Translations under genes and position numbers: made by a program | Notes under the pieces: model-generated | Seen by the model: only the letters and a program-made list of their open reading frames with translations | What the model was told of the DNA's origin: nothing | The model's database searches: none | Shown here: positions 48,515 through 61,000 of the stretch, one piece after another | Position numbering within the stretch: the stretch's first letter is position 1 | Layout: every line of letters begins with the position of its first letter | From: Nemertoderma westbladi | Lineage: Eukaryota > Animalia > Xenacoelomorpha | DNA length: 64,000 bases | Reading direction: 5' to 3' | Assembly: GCA_032718475.1 (NCBI GenBank) | Contig: JAUCBJ010000476.1 | Location: forward strand, 1 to 64,000

Positions 48515-48523
48515 CACTTCCGG
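48515..48523 (-). promoter_or_regulatory. ETS/GABP motif CCGGAAGTG just upstream of the ATP6V0B start
   Basis: Exact consensus ending 15 nt upstream of the ATG, typical of TATA-less housekeeping promoters. Confidence 0.45.
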
Positions 48524-50522
48524 AGTTCAGCAGTTGTTTATTGATTGTTTATCTATTATCATGTACCGGTACTGCGATCTGGCGATAGTCTGATAGTCCT
48601 AGCGGTATGCCTCTATCTTCTATTTTGCAACGACAATGCAGCAGCAGCACTGCTGCACTGAGTACGCCTACTGACTGACTGAAGACTGAACTGACTGAGA
48701 AAATGTTACCAATCCTGCAATCCTTCAATCTGTCGTGCAGCAGTGCCCTATCAGCCTATCCATCTACCGGTATCGTAATCGTACCGATAACCTGATAAAG
48801 GCTGAACGGTAGGGATAGCCTGCCTATTCTTCCCGCCTACAGTCTGACAGTACAGAAGTACACCTGACGTAGATAGATCAGTAGATAGATAGACAGATCT
48901 GCAGATACAGAGATAGAGCAGTACAGCATGCAGCAGTACGTGACTGGAATACTTACAGGTTTGAGTACAGATCTGCGGCGCGCTCTTGCGCATCCAGAAA
49001 TGCGGCGCGGTGCGATTTTACTGTTTTACGCAAATAGAACGTCAGACTGCAGGACTGTCAGAAATATGTCAAACAAAATGTCCTACTACTGCTGTACTGT
49101 AACTGTACCGTACTACATACTAGCAACACAGTATCAGTATACTGTTAAGGTTTAGGCTACTGGTTTAGCTTAGGCAGTTAGGCCCTAACTCCTTCTGTCC
49201 TTTGAAGTTTGACCGTTTGACTCGATCTCTAATTTAATTTCACTCCATTTTCTCTTTAAACACAGCCAACAAATTTGAAAATACTGTATTTTTCGTAATG
49301 CAGTACCTAACAGCCTAATAGGCCTATAGATGTATAGTACTTTTTTGTCAGTCAGTACCGGCAGTGCGCTGGTGCGGCAGATCGGTCCGGTATACAGTTG
49401 AATTTGTGGTTTTGGAGCTCAGGTGCTTTAGTGCGGTGCGGCACACTAAAATCTAACTGCAGCGCAAGGTAACAGTTTAGCGGTTCGGCAGTTTAGGCCT
49501 AACCGGTATGTTCGTTGTGGGGCGAGGGACGAAAGTAAGCGAGCTTAGCATACATGTACCACTAACTCAATCGGTGTGTCTGTTGCTCTGTGGGGCTCTT
49601 GGCGTAGTGGCACCATTAATCAACCTGTCGTTCTGTTGATCTGTCGCTGTTTTTTTTGCAGTGTTCAATTTTAAACGTTAATAACTGGGCCAATCCTTGA
49701 TGACATCTATCCAAACTTGGTATGGTACACATGTTTTTTGGCAAAAGTTTAGAAATTTTCCAAGTTGAATTCGTGTGTGGTCTTCGAGAAGCTAAGATAA
49801 AAAAGCAGTTAATTAGTTAATTAAGTTGATTAGCCTGTCTTTTAACGGAAATTACTTATTTTAGTATAAGATTTAAATAATTATACTTAAAAATTATACA
49901 GATGTAATCCACATACCTCATTCTATTATAGTTTTTAATTAGTCAGTTAGTTCAAGTGATTTTCTTTAATAATTGTGTCTTTTGTTTAATTGATCTAAAG
50001 TATAATTAAAACGGCATAAAAAAATTATGCGCAATAAATACTGCTCATTTATTGGCTAACATGCAAGTTGGCTGGTATATTTGGGAAGGATGTGTGTGTA
50101 AGGCAGCCAGTTGCTGGGAATTCAAGTGGAGGGGGGTGGATTGTATGTGACTCATGCCGTAGGCCATGCTCATGCCACACACAAGCAGGTAGAGTGCTTG
50201 GCCAGCTCTCGTCTAAGCCTCAGGTAATAATTAGACAGATCTCATTTAATATTGTCAATAACATTACCACTGTAGAAGGCTTTTTATATCCAAAATTGTT
50301 TATTCCTCAAAATATTAGGCTTATTATTTTTTGATAGGATTTCTGTGTAGGCCTATTTGAATTGTTTACACTGAGGCATTAACAGAGGGTACTGGTATAT
50401 TAAATTAATTATTTGAATACCATTACTGCATCGACTGCATTTAGCTGTTTAGTACTGCGTTGATTATATTCCTATAAACCAATTGCTGGTTTCGCATATT
50501 GAACGTATCGATAGTTATAAAG

Positions 50523-51069
50523 TGTGACGGGATCCACGAAGGATCCCGGTTTATCCGGTTTGTCGATCTACGCGTCCCCGCCGTGTGTGAAAGGTAAAAA
50601 GAGTTTGCGTTGTTCGTCGTATATAATGTTCGGGCATATAGATAGATATAGATAATATATTGTAATGTAAAGCTGTGAATAATATTATATGGAAGGCGGG
50701 AGACGGTGATTGAAGTCCCGGTACTTCCCTAGCTAAACTAACCTAACTAACACCAAATAGCACACTGAGATAACTGAATAACTGATTGCTGGTGCCTAAT
50801 AATATACTGCACGGTTTGGCCTTGCTACAGTACCTAGCCGATGCTTCCCCCCCATTGGCTAATATCCCTGTTGGCGCCCTTTGGAGTGTTCCCGTTCACT
50901 CCAGCTATTCTCTCTCTGTTAGGGGTTTGGCCCCTGACCTTTATTGTTCGTTTCTCCTTCCCACTTTGTTGGGGTGGCACGAGTGGTTGATTACCCAACC
51001 TCGTGGCCCCCAATATTGCTTAATGGTTTACTTTATGGGGTTGGGTGAGGCGGAATTGATTCGCTAACA
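50523..51069 (-). repeat. 3' LTR of the second BEL-type element
   Basis: + strand TGTGACGGGATCC...GCTAACA, homologous to 57542..58061. Confidence 0.85.
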
Positions 51070-51651
51070 CTCCCCCCATGCTATCTTCCCGGTGAGAAGA
51101 TAGCATCAACCTCTAAGTGCGCTTCAATTCCGCTGGATCCCGATCTAGTATCGGGTGTGGGGTGGGATTATTTTCTTGGAGTCGGCTTTCCAGGCCGCTC
51201 CCTATGGGTATGATGTCACTACCCTCTGGCATCTCGTGTCGGGCCGATCGTGCACTTCTCTCACACAATTTTTGTTTCCCCGACATTCTCACCACTCTAG
51301 CTCCGCTCTCTAACTCAACTCGCTCTTATTCTCTCCCCACACCTGAATCGCACTCTTCTCTCTCGCCAACAGCTCTTCTCACTATCTCCTCCCTACTCTC
51401 TGCCACTCCCTAAGGCCCTAATCTCTAATGCTACCCCTGTGCTATCATATTATCTACCTACTACTCACTTGGTAACTATCTAACTCTCTTACTCTCTACT
51501 AACTCTCCGACTCTAACTAGCTCTACTAAGTCTAACTAACTCCTACTAATTCTCTACTAACCTCTAGCTCTAACTCTACTAACCTCTAACTGTACTCTCT
51601 GCTAAGTCTACTAACTCTTTCCTAACTCTGACTAAAACCCTCCATCTACGT

Positions 51652-52193
51652 GGCGCTTGTGGTGCCCACAACCATTCTACTACTACTTCTACTCTGCTAC
51701 TATCTTTCTAACTCTACTAACTCTCTACTATCTCTAACTCTACTAGCTGGCACCCTATGTGCCCGCCTCTACTACTCTACTGCCTGGCACCCTATGTGCC
51801 CTCTCTACTACTCAACTACCTCTCTAACTCTACTACCTGGCACCCTATGTGCCCGTCTCTACCACTCTACTACCTGGCACCCCATGTGCCCTCTCCACTA
51901 CTGTACTCTATCTACATCTCCACCTCCACTAATACCTCTATCTACGTGGCGCTTGCGGTGCCCACAACCACTCTCTGCTACTACTTTCTACGTGGCGCTT
52001 CTGGTGCCCACAACCCCTCTCTTACTACTTTCTACGTGGCGCTTATGGTGCCCACAACCACTCTACCACTACTACTTTCTACGTGGCGCTTCCGGTGCCC
52101 ACGACCCCCCTACTACTACTCCTTTCTACGTGGCGCTTCCGGTGCCCACGACCCCCCTACTACTACTCCTTTCTACGTGGCGCTTCCGGTGCC
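51652..52193. repeat. Array of 11 GGCRC-N5-GTGCC hairpin motifs in a CTA-rich background
   Basis: Loops ttgtg, cctat x3, cccat, ttgcg, ttctg, ttatg, ttccg x3; spacing mostly about 37-53 bp. Confidence 0.8.
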
Positions 52194-52425
52194 CACGACC
52201 CCCCTACTACTACTCGTGGCATGACAATATGCCACACTCCCTTACCCCGCCGCCTTCTAACTCTACTCTCCTTCTACTAACTTATCTCCTGTTCTACTAC
52301 TTACTATCTCTTCTAACTATTATTTAATTAATTTTATTATTTATTTTTTAATTAAATAATTATTTATATGTGGGAAGGGCGTCTCGCCCTCATTCCCACC
52401 CCCCTCAGTCCAAAATCTTGGACGA

Positions 52426-55400
52426 CTAAACTTTCAGGTGCCCCTTCTTCCAGTAGGCACTCTCCCACTGCCCTCCTATACGTCCTCTTACTCTTCGCCA
52501 CGCTCTCCCCGCCAACTCCAACTGACCAGGAATTGGCTCTCCCTCTTCCGCCACCCCAAAATCGGGTCTCTCCGCCGCCTTCTTAACCATCTCGTCTCCT
52601 GGCATCAAAATGCCATCTCCCTCCTTGTTATCTCCCGGTGGCAGAATGAATAGAAAGTGAAAGAACAGGCAAAACAGAAGGTACAACAGCAGTCCTACCC
52701 CTCTCCATCCTGCCCCCCCTCTCGACCTCCCCCCCGTCGGCACGCCTCTCAACCGGACCGGCGTCTCCTCCGGACACTCCCCCGGACACCCCTCCGGACT
52801 ATTGTCCTCCTGACACTTCACCGGACACTCCTCCGGAGTGTTGTCCCCCGGACACCCCGCCGTCCGCTCCCCTCCATCCCCACACCGACACCCGCTGGGA
52901 AGTCTATTATCCTCCGCCCACTCTCTTATTGTTACTTTCCTGTCTGGCTCTACTATCTCCTCCGGCTTCTTATCTTCGTCCTCTGTGTCTACGGTGCCTG
53001 GTAACATGCACCCTGATGTCTCTGTCACACTGCATGGGATCTTGGTTTTAACTGGGCCGCTAAGCGTCCATCCGAACGGCGTGAGGATCGCCGTCGGGTC
53101 CCGCTGCCTGTCTTCGCCGAAGACCGTCCGTGTTCTCTCGTGGGCCGTCGGGCAGTCCATTCCTACTATAATGGACACCTTCCTAACGTCCACCTTTGGT
53201 ATTGAGAAATCGATACCGTCCAGGAATCTATACTGCTCGACCTCAATGTTGGTTGGTCGCCTGGCGTTGATATTTATCGATTCTATGACGTGGATGGGGT
53301 CGATCGTCGCCCCATAGTCGCATCCCGGTGCAATCGCTGCTATCCTGCACCGCCCCGTCCTCGTCTCCAGGACCTCATCTTTACTCGAGACGGTAGTTAC
53401 CGCCATTCTATTCGGCCTCGTCTTTAGCCCTATCTCTTCGGCCACCCAGTTCTCCACCAGCGTGAAGGCTGCTCCGCTGTCGACCAGCATTAATGTCGTT
53501 ACTGATCGACCGCCCTCTCCTGATATCTTTACTGGTACTACCCCGAGTAGTACTTTTCTCTTCTTCTCCTCTTCTGTCATGCTTGTAGCCATTGTTTGGC
53601 CTCCAGTCTCCTCCTCTCTTGCTGCTGTTTCTCTACACTCTCCGGGTCTGTGTCCTTCTACCACACATCGATGACATAGTCCGTTTGCGTCTGTGTAGGC
53701 TACACGATCTTGTTTGGGCAACGCTTGCCAGTGCTTACAACTCCTGGTCTTATGGGTTCCGTCCCGGTGTAATTGACATTCGAATCCTGGATTATAGCGT
53801 TCCCTGTATAGTCCCTCACGTATCGCGCGTAGGTTTATATGTACCGATTTAGTGTTTTGGTTGTCTGTACTCGGCCTACTGGGTATATTGGGATTGTGTT
53901 TATTTATGGTGTTATTTTCTTTCTGTCCCTGCCACGGTGTGGCCCTACTCCCAGCTAACTGTGGGCTTGTAGCCCCCTGTGTGGCCGCGTGTGGTAGCGA
54001 CTCTCTTACTCTTGAGAATGGATCCGTCGGATTATGTTCGGGTCCAGGCCTGTTGTATTCGGTCTTTGGTGCCTTCCCCAAACTATCCTCACTATAGACT
54101 GGGTCTGTAATTAATTCGGCTTCATAGTTTAGGAAGCTCGACATTTCTTCTAGGCCCGGTTCCGCACCTTTCTTCTCTCGAGTGGAGAAGGCGATCTTCC
54201 TCCACTTTCTCCGCAGCCAGATCGGCAGTGCCTGCGCTATCGTGGTGATGTTGTTAGACGCGTTGAGTTCGTATGGTGCGTCTAGCGTCTTTAACACGAT
54301 TAACGCCTTCTCGACCTTGTTCGCAAAGGTCTTTATGCTAACGGGATTATCCTGTAGGCCACCCGATGTTATGCCTCTCAGGGTTTGCCGGATGATCTTG
54401 GCTGGGTGCCCGTACTCCCTATCTAACGCCCGCCATGCTGTCGTGAAGCCGCCCTCGATGCCCTGGTATTGCCTCACGATGTCGTATGCTGGGCCTCCTG
54501 TATATACTTGCAGATATTTTAGGCACTCCGCCTGCGTCAAGTTCTTACTTAATATCTCGTTGCTGTACATGCGCCGAAACTGCAGGTATTCTTCCGGCCT
54601 ACTTCCGTCGAATTTAAATGGCTCGACTGGTGGTAACTCGATCCTGGTCTTTAATGCATCGATTAATGTGGCCATTCCCATCGCTTGCGCTTCCAATGGG
54701 TTCGATGGATGTTGTACAGACTCTCCTATTGGGTGCGGTCCGTTCGTCCTATCTGTTGTTGATTTTATTTGTTGCGTCGGATATATCATTGGGGGTAACG
54801 GCCCCCTCCATATTTCCGTGTCGCACGACCTATTCTCGTCCAAGGGGTTCGATGTTCTTGCTCCTATTGGGGTATATTGTTGATATTGTGATGGGGGAAT
54901 GTCACCCTGTCCCCCCCCCCCCCCCCCCCACCGGTATGTTTGGTACTGGGGTTGATGTTAATATATTGGGGCCCATACATCTATCTACAATAACTCTCCC
55001 CTCCCCTGGATATATGTTATGTCCCTGTGTATTATAGTCATGCTGCTGTACCGATATAGGCCTACCTACCTCTCGCCTACCTACCGGTATGTACTCCGCG
55101 ACTTCCGGGTTTAATCCCGTCGTTCGCGCTACCCTATCGCCTACTCTATCTCTCCCAGCATGGCCTATAATAGTATGTGCAGTAAGGCCTACAGTATGTC
55201 CTGCAGTCTGCATGTGCCCTTCCGAACCGAAGTTTATTCTTCGCGAATCTCGAATCTCCCCGCGACTACCGTACTCTCGATCGGCAGCTATATCACGTCG
55301 GGAAGTTTCCCTTCGATCCCCTCTCCTGCTCTCTTCTTCGTACCGGTACGTCCTGTACCGCTCTCCTGGTGTGCGGTGCGTTTCTCCGGGGCGACGGCAA

Positions 55401-57468
55401 TCTCCCGAAGTTCGACCCCACTGACTCCCTAACTCCATCTCTACTATCGACGGCTCGCTATCCGTCCTCGCTCTCCGGTTGCTCCTAGCAACGACTCTTC
55501 TATTATCTTCACTTCTTCTCTCTTCGACCTCTCGGTTAAACTCTACTAATCTTCTTCTATCTTCGACCTCTCTATTAAACTCTACTAATCTTCTCTCTTC
55601 TGACTGGGCTCGACGTTCCGTCGCCCGCCCTCTCGCGACGTCAACCTGTCTCTCTCTGCTCGATCGCACGCCGCTGGGGATACTCGCAATCCCCCTATTA
55701 CTCTCCATCGCCGGGTGTTGCGGTTTACCTAATTCGGCCCGCGCATTATCCGCCGACGCCTGTGGGACACTCTCTGCCCCCCCTCTCTCGCTACTAATCT
55801 CTCGCGGTGGGGCGCCCGTAGCCCCCCCCCCCCCCCCCCCCACCCGCCACTTCTAACTTCACTATCTCTTACTACACTTCTGCGTCCCTCTTGTCGGACA
55901 TTTTCTACCCCCCTTCTCTCGCCACTAATCTTCCGTGATGGGGCGCCCGTAGCCCCCCCCCCCCCCCCCCCACTCGCCACATCTAACTTCACTATCTCTT
56001 ACTCCACTTCTACACCCCTCTCTAGTCGACACACTGTCTCTACTACGGCTGGCTCTATTCACCCCCGCCTCTCTCTCTACTACTGCGAGGCCTACCAGGC
56101 CCACCTCGGGTTGGCTCAACCCCGCTACCTCCTGCCTACCAACTACGTGGCCTACCAGGCCGCCGTTGGGTTGGCTCAACCCCGCCACTTCCTGCCTACC
56201 AACTACGTGGCCTACCAGGCCGCCGTCTGCCGGGCTAAACACATCTGACGCGTTCACATTAATAGCACCATTCCCAATATTATTTGTTAAATCAATTAAA
56301 TTATTAGAATTTGAAACGGGATTATTATTTAAATTATTTAAATTAGAATTGTTATTATTTTCAAAATTTAAATTGTTATTCGAATTATTTGAATTATTCT
56401 GGATATTTGAATTAATATTATTACTTGAATTTAAATTTAAATTACTACTACCAGGTAAAACATTTCCTGTAATAAAGGATTAGGGTTATTTACTACGGTA
56501 CTATTAATACTAACATTTCCTAACGTACTACTACTACCCCCCTCGCCCGTACGGCTACTGTACGTGTACCGCACGCTCTGTTCTCTTGTCTCACGCTCTT
56601 CGCGTTCACTCTCTTGCTCCTTCCCTCTCCCCATTATCCGGTCTAATTCTTTCACCCTTAATTTATATGCCAGATTTATCTTCCGCATCCGTCTTTCTTT
56701 TGCGGAGGATGTAGCAGACTTATCGGTTGCGACGGACTCCCACCGCCCCTCCGTCCTACTAACTTTCCCCCGCCCTCCGGGGTTCTCGCTGACCGACGAG
56801 ACCGAATCCTCGGAGCTAGCCTCGGATTCGCCCTCGTGCGGTCCCGCCCAACGCACCAACTTAACTTCCCTGGCATCGACTAAGTATGGCCCTATGTACA
56901 CTGCACCAGGCCCCATACCCCTACGTTCCCATAGCCCAAACAGTTCGATGGCAACCCCTCTCGCTCTCTCGCTGGCTAGTTCTCCCTGCCCAGAACGCAC
57001 TAGGTAATCAAAGTATCTGTTCGACTCACCTAGTCGTCTCCTCAACTTTACCTGGTCTATCTCAGCCCCTCCTCTAGCTTCTTTCAGTTGTTCCCGGGTC
57101 GCGGCGTAGGCTCGTCGAAGTCGATCGGAAACCCCGACGTCCTCGTTGCCGACCTCTCCTCCATCTCTCCGGGTCCGACGTCGTACCGGCGGCTCCACCG
57201 TTGCCGTTCCAGTGGGCCGTCCGTCGCCCTCGGCCTGTGGCTGGCCGGCGACATCGGTACGTCGACCCTCGCTCCGCGTCGACTCGTCTTTCTCCTTTTT
57301 GACTCCCGACTCGTCCTCTCGCTGTAGAAGGCCCCCTTCATCTTGGATCGCCGGATCTTTCGTCGACGGATCCGGCGTCGTGGGTTGATACCGTCTCGCC
57401 GTGGCCTCGCGGATCGTTAGATCGTCGTCCGGGGTCCGCGGCGGTATCGCTTCTCCTCCTCTACTCAT
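52426..57468 (-). pseudogene. gag: BEL/Pao Gag-protease; long N-terminal region broken at poly-C tracts; intact ORF 52426..54843
   Basis: LPPVEPFKFDG...CLKYLQVYTGGPA BEL Gag core, C..H....H....C and CHRC....H....C knuckles, LMLVDSGAAFT protease motif, AILTPFGWTLSGP, then an unrelated tail. Confidence 0.8.
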
Positions 57469-57541
57469 CTTGTCTTTGGTAGTTATCAGCCACAGTTCGG
57501 CAGGCCTAGAGTTAGGACTGTAGGCCTTGGGTAGTCAAGAC

Positions 57542-58061
57542 TGTGACGGGATCCGAGAGGATCCCGGTTTATCCGGTGTTGTTTCGTACGCGTCAGCCGC
57601 ACCGTGTGATAGAAAAGGAGTTTGTTGTTCCAGTATAGATATAATGTAGATATATAGATATGTAGGTATGATAACAGATAGCGCCAATGAGTGATGACAG
57701 GTAATATGGGTGACGGCGGTGATGGTCTTGACTGTCACCGTACTACCTGACTGTACTGGGATAACTACTACAATGACGTGATGACAGGTAATATATACTG
57801 CACGGGTTGGCCTCATTGCATTACCCAGTCGATGCTCCCCCCCTGATTGGCTAATATCCTTGTTGGCACCCTTTGGAGTGTTCCCGTTCACTCCAGCTAT
57901 TCTCTCTCTGTTAGGGGTTTGGCCCCTGACCCTTATTGTGTGTTTCTCCTTCCCATTTTGTTGGGGTGACACGAGTTATTGGTTACCCAATCTCGTGGCC
58001 CCCAATATTGCTTAACGGTTGACTTTATGGGTTCGTGTTAGCGGAATTGGATAAGCTAACA
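57542..58061 (-). repeat. 5' LTR of the second BEL-type element
   Basis: Followed on the minus strand by non-tRNA PBS GTCTTGACT. Confidence 0.85.
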
Positions 58062-61000
58062 TGCAGCGTGACCGCATGGATATAAGACGCTATTTCTCCG
58101 TCATCGATGACATCATCATCAGTCGGGTCATCAACGGGAGCGCGGGACAACGCATCCAGAATCCAGTGTTCTTTACCTTTTTTCCATTTAGTGGTAAATA
58201 CAAAGGGACTGAGTTTCGCCTTTAATGGTTGAAGGCGGGCATTGTCCGTGTCGTCTATTGTGTATCTATTAAGTATAGTTACTAAGGGCTGGTGGTCCAC
58301 AATCAGGGTGAAGTGGGGAAGGCCGAGGAGGTAGAGGTGGCATTTTTTTGTGGCCCAGGCGATGGCGAGTAGTTCCAGTTCCACCATCGCGTACCAAGAT
58401 TCTGTGTCGGTTATAAATCTGGAGCCACACTCCACTAACTTCCAGGTTTCCTCGTGCAGCTGTAATAATGCATACCCCAGGCCATTCTTCCGGGAGGCGT
58501 CGGTTTGGAGTGAAGTTACGCGTTCTGGTTCGAATGGGGCGAGCACGGGTGGAGAAATCAGTGCTCGTTTCGTGTTCTCGAATGGGTCCTCATGATCGCT
58601 GTTCCATAGGAACTCATTAGTCGACCTGAGCAAAGGACGTAGAGGCGTCATAACGGTAGAGATTTCCATCGAGAAGGAGGCTAGTTGCTCTACTAGTCCC
58701 ACGAAACTCCGTAGGTCCCTTATATTAGTGGGACATGGGAAGTCAGCGATGGCATGGACCTTCGCCGGGTCGGCCCGTATTCCGTCGGCGCCGATTATGT
58801 ATCCAGCACATTTCACCTCCCGCAAGGCAAACTGCACTTTATCGGGGTGCAGGGAAATACCCGTCTCCCGGCATCGGAGAAGGAAACGGCGTATACTGGC
58901 GAGGTGGGCGTCGATCGTATCATCGAAGAGGAGGACATCGTCGACCAGTTTGAGGAGGTTAGGAAGGTCATGAAGGGCATCGTCGCCCCGTCAATTATAT
59001 TCTTCCCCACTTGATATTAAACCCATTACACTTCGAAGATGTTTGTACCTCCCCCAGGGGGTTATAAATGTGGTTAGAAGTTGGGTTTTTTCCTCGAGCG
59101 GTATCTGCCAGTACCCCGATGCGGCATCAAAAACCGAAAAGTACTTTGCAGTTGTCGACACACCGGAAACTACTACCCTGGGACTAGGGGTGGGGTAGTA
59201 GGGTCGTTTGACCTGGCTGTTTAAGTGATGTAAATCTACGCAGAGTCGTAATTTACCATTTGGTTTATGGACAACAGTCATCGGGTGGGCCCAATCGGTG
59301 GGCTCTGTAACCCATTCGATGATCTGTCGGCACTCCATATCCCCGAGGAGCGACTGAACTTCATCTTGCAATGCAAACGGAATTGGTCGACAACCATTGG
59401 CATGGAAGGGTGCCGCGTCATCCTTAAATTCCACCGTCATAGGGTCCCCCACCATGGTTGTAAGGGGTGTCGAATTATTATCGAAAACATCTGCGAATTG
59501 GGCAAGGATCTCATCGCGAGAACGAGAGATAGTTGTCCCGGGGTCGGGGGCCGTTGCGGAGTTTATCCGACGTTGAAGGAAATCCGGAGGGAGTATATCT
59601 AGTCCCTTGAGAGCAGCGAGGTTTAATATAAGGCCATCCACCTCCGGGGAGACTACGATTTTTGCCAATGTTGAACCTCCATCGTAATCGATCCGAGCAC
59701 GGAATAAGCCGTCGACATCGATCGGGAGGTGGTTGGTGGCCCGGAGGTCGGCTGTCGGGTATGGGGTTAAGTCGTCCAGTCGACCACCCATTGCTGCGTA
59801 TTCGTCGTATCCCAACATAGTTGCAGCAGCGCCGCCGTCTGGGAGTACGCGGCCCCGAACTGTTCCGAAAATTCTACCGGGTTGAAAGTCTGTGCGTCGG
59901 ATATCAACAGTTATGTAAGGAAGAGGACAGGTAGCGTCCTGTTCGTTGCGAATAGAGTTTATTCTGCTGGGTGGGAGGATGGTGGAGACTCTGTCCGACT
60001 CTCTGTGATCTGGTTTGTCGCTGCCTTTTGTAGAACGACAGACTGCAGCGAAATGTCCAGTTGCCTGACATTTATCGCATATATTATTACTCGCAGGACA
60101 GGTCGCCCGCGATGCAGCGTGTTGTCGGCCGCAGAATTTACAGTTGCGCTCCAAGCTGGGTGCGGGAGAGTGAGAGTTTTTGTTGGATTTTCTGTAACGG
60201 TAAGTGGAGCGGCCGTGTGGTCGACGCGTAGATTTAATCGCTGTCACCGGGGCGCCGCGCCCTATTATTGAGTCGTTCTTCTCTCCAACCTCCATTGATT
60301 GACACATCTGAACGCATTCGGCCAGTGTTGGTTGCGGAAGCTTTTTTAGTAGTTCCGTTCGTGTCTCTGACGAACGTATCCCAACCAAGATTTGTGTGAC
60401 GATCTGCTCGTCCCAACAGTCTGTACATAGTTCTGCATCATCCGCCAAGAATTCCAGTGCGACGTGGAAGTTATCGAAAGATTCCGTTGGGCCCTGTTTG
60501 TGATCGTGGAAGCGAATACGATCGATCGCAACACTTCGTTTAGATCGAAGGTGGGCCTGTAATGTGTCCATGACATAGTCCGTTGTGGTGTCATCTCCAT
60601 CGAGGTCTACGTGCAGAGTTACCTTGAGAGTCTGTTGTAGATTGCGTCCCAAAGCAGAAGCAAGGGCATAAACTTGTTCACTGCAGGTGAAAGAGTGAGT
60701 CTGTTGTCGCTGACAGTGGATCTTCCAGGCTTCCCGCCAACGACGAAATGCAGAGAATTCTATATCTCCGTCTATCTTTTCCACGTCCTTTATATCTAGG
60801 ACGCGACGCCGAGGTTGGGGGTTATCCACGAGGTCGAGTCGTTCAGCGGCGGCATAGGCGGGGGCTGTCAGTACGCCATGCTGCGGTTGTAAGTCACCCG
60901 CTGAGTCATCATCTGTGTTAGCTGGTTGAACCGCTGGTCAGCGCGCACGTCAGATTCTGCGCGCTGTTGGTCTGCCGCCAGTTGCTGTCTTAAGAGTTGG

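Larger units (their letters stand above)
50523..58061 (-). mobile_element. Non-autonomous BEL/Pao-derived LTR element (Gag + protease only), probably chimeric
   Basis: Related but diverged TG...CA LTRs at 50523..51069 and 57542..58061; PPT GGGGGGAG next to 51069; flanks TAAAG vs TGCAG (no TSD); no RT/IN motifs. Confidence 0.85.

Noticed and set aside
48500-48517. GTG start extending ATP6V0B to 219 aa
   Set aside because: Eukaryotic gene; the ATG at 48499 gives a typical length, and the GTG is part of the ETS motif.
51650-57388. Numerous plus-strand ORFs over the second BEL element
   Set aside because: Antisense shadows of GC-rich gag or translations of CT-rich repeats; no domains.
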